Positions 1 through 6,759 of a stretch of DNA of 30,295 bases are shown here, piece after piece. Each line of letters opens with the position of its first letter. Position 1 is the stretch's first letter. Both the position numbers and the translations under genes were made by a program. The stretch is from a virus (lineage: Duplodnaviria; Caudoviricetes): the IMG/VR virus record IMGVR_UViG_3300035228_002167, positions 1 to 30,295 of that record; one strand, given 5' to 3'. Below the pieces are notes generated by a model. It was not told where the DNA came from. It did no database searches and saw nothing but the letters and a program-made list of their open reading frames with translations.

Positions 1-1
1 T

Positions 2-1369
2 AGACAATCTATCATCACCAGTATTATTAGAAGGTTTTTGCCTCTTTCGCATTCCCTTCATTCTTGCACAAAAACTTTTCCTGCGAGGATTACCAACTTT
101 TTTACTAGGTGCTTTCAGATCACTACCGGGATTTTCTGCTTCATAAGACTTACGTCCTTTTTCGTTGAGTCCTCCAGATTTATTTTTACCAGATTTTTTA
201 GTCCAGGCAGCACCTTCTTCAAGTTCACTCTTCCAATCAGATTGTTCAAATCTTACTTTTGGTTTTAATTTTTTCTTTCCATCTGGTGAAGGAACAAACA
301 CTCCAGTTTCTGGAGATTTCATATCTACACTATCAATATCACCGTCCACATCAGCATCAATTCTTTTTGTTGCTTGAACTGCAAGTTTCTTCAAGTTACC
401 ACCACCAATTCTAGATTCTTCTTTTTCTTCCTTCATTTTTTCACGTTTTGCTTTTGCCTTAGCAAGTAATCTTTGTTTTGCTGCTTCTCTCTCATCTTTA
501 GGAATAGGAGTTACGGCACCAACTTTTTGATCAACATCACCAACATCATACCCTTCCTTTTTTACACAGTTGTTATAAGTTTTGCCAAACATCTTTTTGG
601 TTCCTTTCTTCTCATAACCCTTCCAACACTTCTGTCCTTCTTCAATCTGCTCTTGACCACCTTTAATAGGTTCTGGTTTGATAATATCAACGAACTCGTA
701 TTCAGTTGCCTGAAAATCATCTCTCCAATTGGAAAGTTCATATGATTCTTTTTTAGTACTATTACCCCAATTAGAGGCACCAACCTTACGACACTTTACA
801 AGTGCTCCGGATGCATATGCAGAAGGCCACACAGAATAACGAGACTTGACTTTCTTATAACAGGCATCTTTCTCACCTGCCTTTTCTACTACAGTTTCTT
901 CTGTCTTCACGTTGATTGCCTTCCCTTTTCTATCTGGATTTGGATCTTGACGTTGCTTTCTACTAAATGCTTTTTTCTCTTCCTTATCGTCTAAATTTGC
1001 GGCCATTTTGCTGGATCCACATTTTGGTTTTGTGGTTTGTCCTGGTTGTTTGGCACAGGGTTTTCCGGCATATTTACCACCCAATTGAACCCAACCAGGC
1101 TTGCCATCACTAGACCTACTCTTGCCAAACCAGTCACGCAAAGAACTATCACCACTTTTCGATTCACTTACTCCTCCACCATTTCCACTACCATTTCCAT
1201 TACCATTACCGTTTCCATCCCCATTACCATTTGTAGGAACATCAATACCAGTTTCTTCTGGATCTTTCCCACTACCAAAAAATCTAGCGGTTACCTTTAA
1301 ACCCTTCGGAATGGGTTTACAAACCTCATCTGTATAACAATAATAATATCCTTGCTTACACTTTTTCAT
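2..1369 (-). CDS. Modular basic, Cys-containing hypothetical protein downstream of gp16 (partial, >=456 aa, 3' end outside window); candidate head-internal polyprotein
   Basis: Not in the ORF track. Hand translation from ATG at 1369 gives 456 sense codons with no stop to the window edge: MKKCKQGYYYCYTDEVCKPIPKG...NGNGDGNGNGNGNGSGNGGGVSE SKSGDSSLRDWFGKS...WVQLGGKYAGKPCAKQPGQTTKPKC...VVE KAGEKDACYKKVKSRYSVWPSAYASGALVKCRK...IEE GQKCWKGYEKKGTKKMFGKTYNNCVKKE...DADVDGDIDSVD...SDWKSELEE GAAWTKKSGKNKSGGLNEKGRKSYEAENPGSDLKAPSKKVGNPRRKSFCARMKGMRKRQKPSNNTGDDRLS. It is on the same strand as the cluster, starts 14 nt after the gp16 stop, and has CTAAATA 25 nt upstream. Confidence 0.92.
   Translation of the reverse strand, partial: MKKCKQGYYYCYTDEVCKPIPKGLKVTARFFGSGKDPEETGIDVPTNGNGDGNGNGNGNGSGNGGGVSESKSGDSSLRDWFGKSRSSDGKPGWVQLGGKYAGKPCAKQPGQTTKPKCGSSKMAANLDDKEEKKAFSRKQRQDPNPDRKGKAINVKTEETVVEKAGEKDACYKKVKSRYSVWPSAYASGALVKCRKVGASNWGNSTKKESYELSNWRDDFQATEYEFVDIIKPEPIKGGQEQIEEGQKCWKGYEKKGTKKMFGKTYNNCVKKEGYDVGDVDQKVGAVTPIPKDEREAAKQRLLAKAKAKREKMKEEKEESRIGGGNLKKLAVQATKRIDADVDGDIDSVDMKSPETGVFVPSPDGKKKLKPKVRFEQSDWKSELEEGAAWTKKSGKNKSGGLNEKGRKSYEAENPGSDLKAPSKKVGNPRRKSFCARMKGMRKRQKPSNNTGDDRLS
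1172..1231 (-). repeat. Degenerate hexanucleotide repeat encoding a 20-residue Gly/Asn linker (NGNGDGNGNGNGNGSGNGGG)
   Basis: The plus strand shows recurring ccatt/acc/tcc units; translated by hand in the frame of the 1369 ORF. Confidence 0.85.
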
Positions 1370-1383
1370 CGACAAAAAGTAGA

Positions 1384-1803
1384 TTACTCTTTATTATTTA
1401 GAAAACCCTTCTTTAACATTTTTTGGAGTTCTGATGTAGATCCAACAAACACTGCATTATTGGTAACATTATTTGTAGTTTTCTTATCCTCATCTTCTAC
1501 ATCTTTAAGTTTCTTTTGCAAATCAATCAATTTATCGGTAGTATCAGCAACACTCTTAATCAACTGCCCTGCGACCTCATATGCCCTTGGACTGCCTCCT
1601 TCCCCTGCTACCTCCATAATGCCGTTGATTGCCTCCTGACCCTTCTCTATGAGGGAGTAGAGGTTCGCACGACTATAGACATAATCTTTCTCTATATCAT
1701 CATCCTTAGATTTTATAATCTCTGGTTTTTTGATTGGTTTTGATTCTACAATATCACTATCAATATTCAGAGCCTCATCGATTGAATCATAATTATTATT
1801 CAT
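1384..1803 (-). CDS. gp16: Terminase small subunit (T4 gp16-like)
   Basis: Motifs DY.YSR.NLYSLIEKG, SPRAYEVAGQLIK and C-terminal FVGSTSELQKML are typical of T4-like gp16, and it lies directly after gp15. ATG at 1803 (139 aa) is preferred over the track's TTG at 1809. Confidence 0.93.
   Translation of the reverse strand: MNNNYDSIDEALNIDSDIVESKPIKKPEIIKSKDDDIEKDYVYSRANLYSLIEKGQEAINGIMEVAGEGGSPRAYEVAGQLIKSVADTTDKLIDLQKKLKDVEDEDKKTTNNVTNNAVFVGSTSELQKMLKKGFLNNKE
1395..1401 (-). promoter_or_regulatory. Putative late promoter variant CTAAATA inside the 3' end of gp16
   Basis: tatttag on the + strand is CTAAATA on the - strand, 25 nt upstream of the ATG at 1369. The spacing resembles that of the three TATAAATA sites (17-28 nt). 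Confidence 0.6.
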
Positions 1804-1805
1804 AA

Positions 1806-2609
1806 TCAAATATCTTCCTGTCTAGTAGGACTATAATCTCTGGAGTCTGGTAAGAAGGACCATTCTTCGGTAAATCCAAAGTCATCACTTGGATCTGCAG
1901 TTATTGGATCTACAGAAGCAACATACCTCATTTCACGCTTTGCAATACTTGTATCTGCGCTTGAAGAAATATCTGTTTGAACTTTTCTAATAAGTCCCTC
2001 AGAAGATTCTGCAATTGGACCGAACAGATAAGTTTTTGCACTAAATCTCAGTGTATAAATGAGTGCTCTTCTTGTTTGAAATGATCCCTCATAATCATCT
2101 TGGAAATCAATACTATCTAGTATAATTGGAATATCTCTTTTTTCTCCAATAGAACTAACTAAATCAACAGTTAAATTAAATGATGGTTGAAAGAATGGAA
2201 GTATCTGTTCAATAATCTGAAGAGCATCATCATTTAACTTACTAAAAATATTAAGTTCAAACTCAATATTATAAGGAACTGGCATGAATACTTTCTTCAT
2301 CTTGCTGTTGCTAGTGTCAACAGCTTTGAAAGTCTGAGTCACTCCAGTTTTTCTAGTCGAATCATATGAAATTCTAGTCATCTCAAAGGACATTCTTGGA
2401 AGAGTAATTGCAATAGATTTTGTTAATTGTTCTTGCTCTTGTATTTTGGTTAAAAACTTTTGCATCGGTCCATAAGAAAGACCAACTTTTGTTTCATCTA
2501 AAATACTACCATCACTTTTTGTATGTCGAATTGAAATATCATTAAATAATGTTCCAAAACTAATAATAGTTTTTCTTATAATTTCGTGATAAAAGTATGT
2601 ACCTAACAT
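1806..2609 (-). CDS. gp15: Tail sheath stabiliser / tail completion (terminator) protein, T4 gp15-like
   Basis: YFYHEIIRK..I.FGTLFNDI, LPRMSFEM, PVPYNI.FEL.I, QIIEQILPFFQP motifs; 267 aa; position between gp14 and gp16. Confidence 0.95.
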   Translation of the reverse strand: MLGTYFYHEIIRKTIISFGTLFNDISIRHTKSDGSILDETKVGLSYGPMQKFLTKIQEQEQLTKSIAITLPRMSFEMTRISYDSTRKTGVTQTFKAVDTSNSKMKKVFMPVPYNIEFELNIFSKLNDDALQIIEQILPFFQPSFNLTVDLVSSIGEKRDIPIILDSIDFQDDYEGSFQTRRALIYTLRFSAKTYLFGPIAESSEGLIRKVQTDISSSADTSIAKREMRYVASVDPITADPSDDFGFTEEWSFLPDSRDYSPTRQEDI

Positions 2610-4054
2610 TAATAACTACCGAATGGATTTGATTCTGAAAAATCTATAATATTATCTGCTTCTAATTCTATTTCTTCATTGACATCGTATGGATTGTCGT
2701 AACTTTCTGAATCATAGTTTGAGACAACATATCTAGCTGATGATATTGATCCAACTACAACTTCACCCGCACTAAACTCACCTGTATTTAGTGAAACTCT
2801 TAAAGTAGTAACGGGAAGTACTCCCGGAGTTGTTGAAGTTGTAGTTCTGAAATCTCTAACTCTTCCAGTTGTTCCTGAACTCTGACCGGTTACTACTTCA
2901 TTGTACGTAAAAGTTCCAAAACCAACTGTTGAGAATCCTGCAATACTAACTGTAGGTGCTTGAGTATATCCAATACCTGCATTCAATATATTGATTGATT
3001 TCAACTTAGTATTATTATCTATTGTAGATACTGCAGTTGCAGTAACTCCAATTCCTGCTGGAGGACTACTCAATGTAATAAGAGGTGGAATTGCGTATCC
3101 ACGTCCTTGATTTGATATGGTAATTCCAATAACGGTAGATTCTGTGCCACCTATTGAGCATGTAGCGGCAGCTCCAGTTCCTCCACCACCACTTATTGCA
3201 ATTGTTGGTGGAGATGTGTACCCGGATCCACCATTTGTCAATTCAAGTCTTAAGATAGATTGAACATTTGCTCTACTAGTTGTAATGGCAACTGCTGTGG
3301 CAAGAACGTCTCCTCCTCCTAGATTTGGTGGATTTGAAAATGTAATTGTTGGTGCTGAAGCATATCCATTACCATCATTATTTAAGAATATTTCACTAAT
3401 AGCTCCGGTTCCAATCGATGCTGTTGCAGATGCAGTTATTGCAGAACCAACAAGTGTCAGAGAAGTAATATACCCCTCATCTTCTACAGTATTATCTACC
3501 TGTTCAATATTTGTATCGATAAGTTCGTTTTCATACTCATAAAGTTCACAACTCAATTCATAAGTATAGTTTGATCCTAATTGATAAAATGGTTTTTCTG
3601 ATTCTACTCTCTTAATTTCAAATAATCTTTCACCTAAAGGAAAATAAATTAAATCTCCTTCTTTGGGTCTAGTAATTAAATCTGCAAAATCATACTCAGT
3701 TATTCTTCCTTCCCTAATTCCCGATGATATACCTTCCAAAAACGGTGCAATAAATTCCTCATATCTTTCTCTCGATATAGTCAAACTTATTTCATTTTTC
3801 AATCTAAGACCAAACTTGGTCATAATATCACTGTCTGGAGCATATCCATCATAGTTATTGATATATGCTTCAAGCATAAAAACATCATCAAATTTGGAAG
3901 ATTGTATTTCCCGAATTATATTGTCAGTCTTAAAAATTTTTCTTGGTAGGTAATAAACATCTACACCATAAATTTTTAACTGTTCATTGATCAAATCCTG
4001 AACAAGAAATTGTTCACCAGGTGATCCTTGAAGAAAAAATGGATTTAAAGACAT
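2609..4054 (-). CDS. gp14: Neck protein gp14 with inserted Gly-rich beta repeats
   Basis: N-terminal LNPFF..G...EQ.LVQDLINEQLKIYG.DVYYLPR, RPKEGDLIYFPL...LFEI..VE...PFYQLG, and C-terminal IIDFSESNPFG. At 481 aa it is much longer than T4 gp14 because of a central insertion. Confidence 0.95.
   Translation of the reverse strand: MSLNPFFLQGSPGEQFLVQDLINEQLKIYGVDVYYLPRKIFKTDNIIREIQSSKFDDVFMLEAYINNYDGYAPDSDIMTKFGLRLKNEISLTISRERYEEFIAPFLEGISSGIREGRITEYDFADLITRPKEGDLIYFPLGERLFEIKRVESEKPFYQLGSNYTYELSCELYEYENELIDTNIEQVDNTVEDEGYITSLTLVGSAITASATASIGTGAISEIFLNNDGNGYASAPTITFSNPPNLGGGDVLATAVAITTSRANVQSILRLELTNGGSGYTSPPTIAISGGGGTGAAATCSIGGTESTVIGITISNQGRGYAIPPLITLSSPPAGIGVTATAVSTIDNNTKLKSINILNAGIGYTQAPTVSIAGFSTVGFGTFTYNEVVTGQSSGTTGRVRDFRTTTSTTPGVLPVTTLRVSLNTGEFSAGEVVVGSISSARYVVSNYDSESYDNPYDVNEEIELEADNIIDFSESNPFGSY
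2938..3445 (-). repeat. Four ~40-45 aa protein repeats (ATA...I..I.I.N.G.GY..PP.I.IS) within gp14
   Basis: NNDGNGYASAPTITFS, TNGGSGYTSPPTIAIS, SNQGRGYAIPPLITLS and LNAGIGYTQAPTVSIA are visible in the translation. Confidence 0.85.
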
Positions 4055-4059
4055 AACTA

Positions 4060-4923
4060 CTAACCAATCATATCCATAGGTGGAAGTTCATAATCCGAAG
4101 ACATTTTTTGTTTTATCTCATCTAGTTCTCTCTGACCATCTTCATAAATTGCTCTACCATTCAGTTCAACTCCACCTGGAAGTTTTACTCCCTGAAATTT
4201 AATTAGATTTTGTCCCCATTGTTTCTTTATTGCAGCAGTAAGATATCTTTTTACAAAACTGTCATTATATACTTTTGAAAAATTTTCAGGATCCATTGCC
4301 CTGTAACATTCTATCACTAAGAAATTATTTACTTCTTGTACCTGCCAGTCTATATCAAGATACAATCTATTCTGTCTCTGATTGAATCTAATTTGTTTAT
4401 CAGTTGTCAAAAGAAAATCAATATCCTCAAGATATCTTTTTGTCATAGAATATTGTAAAAGATCAACAGAATTGAAAAAATATAAATCATTTAAAAACAA
4501 TTGATATTTAATACTAAACATTCCACCTGAAATAGAACTAGTATCAAATTTAAATACTTTTTCTATACCAATTACAGAATCTGGAACTTGTATAAAATTG
4601 GAATTTTCATAAAAATTGGAAGTGATTGTTCCTAATCCACTTATATTTGTCGAAGTTCCTGTCGTAGTAACAATTCCAACACCAGTAGTAGTAATACCAG
4701 CAGATGAAGTTCCACCTCTTCCTCTATCGATATCGTCCTGATTAATTTGATATTTTAAATATGTTTTTTCTACTCCATCAAAATGTCTTTCATTAAAATA
4801 TTGAATAGTATCATCAAGTAAGTCATCAACCTGTTCATCTGCAACATTAATTTCTAAAACAGGAGCTCCTAATTGTCTCAAGCAATAATCCTTTAGTTCC
4901 TGTTTGGTAGTTGGTTTTGCCAT
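4060..4923 (-). CDS. gp13: Neck protein gp13
   Basis: MAKP.TKQELKDYCLRQLGAPVLEINV, YF.ERHFDG, K.QWGQNL.KFQGVKLPGGVELNG motifs; immediately upstream of gp14. Confidence 0.96.
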   Translation of the reverse strand: MAKPTTKQELKDYCLRQLGAPVLEINVADEQVDDLLDDTIQYFNERHFDGVEKTYLKYQINQDDIDRGRGGTSSAGITTTGVGIVTTTGTSTNISGLGTITSNFYENSNFIQVPDSVIGIEKVFKFDTSSISGGMFSIKYQLFLNDLYFFNSVDLLQYSMTKRYLEDIDFLLTTDKQIRFNQRQNRLYLDIDWQVQEVNNFLVIECYRAMDPENFSKVYNDSFVKRYLTAAIKKQWGQNLIKFQGVKLPGGVELNGRAIYEDGQRELDEIKQKMSSDYELPPMDMIG

Positions 4924-6188
4924 TAGAATGAACCTCCATCAATAAGTCCTGCAGTAAGTGTTCCTACAACAAATACATCATTTGAAAATGTTCCAATACC
5001 AACGAATGTTGATAGTCCAGCAACGTGTAAGTCTCTAGAGAGTGTTAAGTCTCCAGCAGCAGTTAATGTAGATGCAGCACCAGGAAAACCTGCTTCAAGA
5101 CCATTTCTAGCGGTGATTAATCCAATTGCATCAACATTGGTTACATCTTCATACGTAAGTGTTCCTGCAATGGAAACATTATTTGCAAAAGATGCATTTC
5201 CAATGAATGTGGAAACACCGGATACACTTAGATTATCAAGTTCGGTATGACCATCTACATCCAGATTACCATTAGCATCAATAGCACCAGCAAAAGTTGA
5301 TACTCCAGATACATTAAGGTCATCAAGTTCGGTGTGACCATCTATATCTAAATCACCTCCTACCTCCAAACTTCCTTGGAAGGTTATACCACCAACAAAA
5401 GTTGATACTCCAGTAATCCTGAGATTACCTCCAACATTAAGTTGACTCCCATCAAAAGTTAAATTTGCATCATCTTCAAGTTCACCACCAGTACCGGCAA
5501 TAACAATTCTATTGTTTGTTAGATCTTCTACCTTAAATGTATTTGCTTGACCACCAGCATTGATATCAAGTAATCCGCCAGTAGTTGTAACACCAGAGAC
5601 ATTTACATCATCTAATTCAGAATGACCATCTACACTAAGATTACCAGTTAAAGTTGCATTACGTGCAGTTACTTCATCTAGTACAAGATCATCAGCAATA
5701 TATAAATCACCTCCAACATATAAATCTCCACCAGTAGTTGTAATTCCACCAGATGATGCTAAAGTTGTAATACCAACGGATCTAAATGTACTGCTTACAT
5801 CTAAACCATTTAGGATGTCAACTGCGGCATTAATATCAAGATTTGATGCAAAGGTGGAAACTCCAGCAACTGTGAGACCTTCACCAATATTTACTTTCTT
5901 TGCAACTCCAATTCCACCACTAACAATTAAGGCACCATCTGTAGGTATTGTGGAATTTTCTGTATTTGAAAATGTTACAATACCAGCAATATTGAGAGAT
6001 GACGAATCAATCGTATCTGTCATGTAAAATGATTCTGTACCAAGATCCCATACAAGGATCATTCCATCTCTAGTTTTTAGAGTAGAATTTACATCACTTA
6101 AATTTACTAGTCGTGTTGGTGGTGCTGATGCGTTGGATAAAACCCGGATTACATTCTGAGAACCAATCCTATCGTTAATATTCGGCAT
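4923..6188 (-). CDS. Repeat-rich fibre-like virion protein (421 aa), putative
   Basis: G/T/V/N/D-rich with repeated L.V.G.STF and L..DGH.ELD.L.VSGVSTF units and a C-terminal IDGGSF. TAATG stop/start overlaps on both sides. It occupies the slot just upstream of gene 13, where T4 has fibritin (wac). The fibre function is an inference. Confidence 0.7.
   Translation of the reverse strand: MPNINDRIGSQNVIRVLSNASAPPTRLVNLSDVNSTLKTRDGMILVWDLGTESFYMTDTIDSSSLNIAGIVTFSNTENSTIPTDGALIVSGGIGVAKKVNIGEGLTVAGVSTFASNLDINAAVDILNGLDVSSTFRSVGITTLASSGGITTTGGDLYVGGDLYIADDLVLDEVTARNATLTGNLSVDGHSELDDVNVSGVTTTGGLLDINAGGQANTFKVEDLTNNRIVIAGTGGELEDDANLTFDGSQLNVGGNLRITGVSTFVGGITFQGSLEVGGDLDIDGHTELDDLNVSGVSTFAGAIDANGNLDVDGHTELDNLSVSGVSTFIGNASFANNVSIAGTLTYEDVTNVDAIGLITARNGLEAGFPGAASTLTAAGDLTLSRDLHVAGLSTFVGIGTFSNDVFVVGTLTAGLIDGGSF
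5205..5645 (-). repeat. Three copies of a ~21-aa repeat in the 421-aa protein
   Basis: NLSVDGHSELDDVNVSGVTT (~5581-5645), DLDIDGHTELDDLNVSGVSTF (~5292-5357) and NLDVDGHTELDNLSVSGVSTF (~5205-5270). The DNA copies share (t)caagttcggt.tgaccatcta-like cores. Confidence 0.9.
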
Positions 6189-6523
6189 TACCTAGTTACT
6201 CCCCCTCGTACTAATGCTGTGCCTTCGACGGCTTTATATTCCCTACCAGAATTTAAAATTTTCACATCATATACATACCTTCCCGGTTTCAGATTAACAG
6301 ACTGTGTTCCGGTCAAAGAAATTGAAATAATACCTAAGTCTGGACTAGTTACAGTTGATGCAAAAGATACTGCCGTCGAGGATCCATAATATTTTCTCAT
6401 TTTTGCTTCGGTTGAAGCATCAGTTAAAACCAAAGGAGAATTTGTTCTAGTGTCCTCTAACTGAAAGGATGTATCGAAATCATACCCTTGCTCAATCACA
6501 ATATTTGATACATAAACAGCCAT
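6188..6523 (-). CDS. Small beta-rich putative virion structural protein (111 aa)
   Basis: N.VIEQG.DF...F.L, G.I.ISLT..Q...LKPGRYVYDV, EG...V..GVTR pattern, recalled from small Ig-like adaptor proteins beside fibre genes in T4-like marine phages. It has its own TATAAATA promoter. Confidence 0.75.
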   Translation of the reverse strand: MAVYVSNIVIEQGYDFDTSFQLEDTRTNSPLVLTDASTEAKMRKYYGSSTAVSFASTVTSPDLGIISISLTGTQSVNLKPGRYVYDVKILNSGREYKAVEGTALVRGGVTR

Positions 6524-6551
6524 TATTTTGTGATGCTAATATACCTCTAGC

Positions 6552-6559
6552 TATTTATA
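6552..6559 (-). promoter_or_regulatory. T4-type late promoter TATAAATA
   Basis: tatttata on the + strand in the intergenic gap, 28 nt upstream of the ATG at 6523; exact match to the T4 gp55-dependent consensus. Confidence 0.85.
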
Positions 6560-6564
6560 AGTAG

Positions 6565-6759
6565 TTACTTATTCAAAATTTCTTGAAGTAAGAATTTTAT
6601 ATCATTAATATCTTTTTTCATTTCATCCAATTCTTTTTTACGCAAATCTTTTTGTGTAATAGTATTGATATACTGATTATATCCGGCAGTATCGCAATTT
6701 ACGATAGCACCGGTATTTTCATCTCTGTATAAATTGGAGTGTCCTTCTACTTTTATCAT
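6565..6759 (-). CDS. Small hypothetical protein (64 aa) with C-terminal coiled-coil-like segment
   Basis: MIKVEGHSNLYRDENTGAIVN N-terminus and heptad-like ELDEMKKDINDIKFLLQEIL; ATGA overlap with the stop of the 2469-aa gene. Confidence 0.85.
   Translation of the reverse strand: MIKVEGHSNLYRDENTGAIVNCDTAGYNQYINTITQKDLRKKELDEMKKDINDIKFLLQEILNK

Noticed and set aside
38-1743. Cluster of plus-strand ORFs (60-95 aa) and the 562..783 minus-strand ORF in the track
   Set aside because: They are antisense or off-frame shadows of the long 1369-to-<1 ORF and gp16. For example, the PFPLPFPLP ORF is the reverse reading of the GN linker. No supporting initiation signals were seen.
1384-1803. pac site or gene 16/19-type amplification repeat within gp16, as described for T4
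   Set aside because: No clear direct repeat was identifiable, and gene 19 is not in the window for comparison.
2785-2791. Internal CTAAATA in gp14, about 175 nt upstream of gp15
   Set aside because: It is far from any start compared with the other sites and is likely by chance in AT-rich DNA.
5205-5645. DNA direct repeats considered as a CRISPR array or DGR template/variable repeat pair
   Set aside because: The copies are in-frame, degenerate mostly at synonymous positions and irregularly spaced. There is no adenine-specific mismatch pattern and no cas or reverse transcriptase gene in the window.
6524-6564. Possible rho-independent terminator in the intergenic gap
   Set aside because: There is no GC-rich hairpin with a U-tract; the gap is accounted for by the late promoter and leader.
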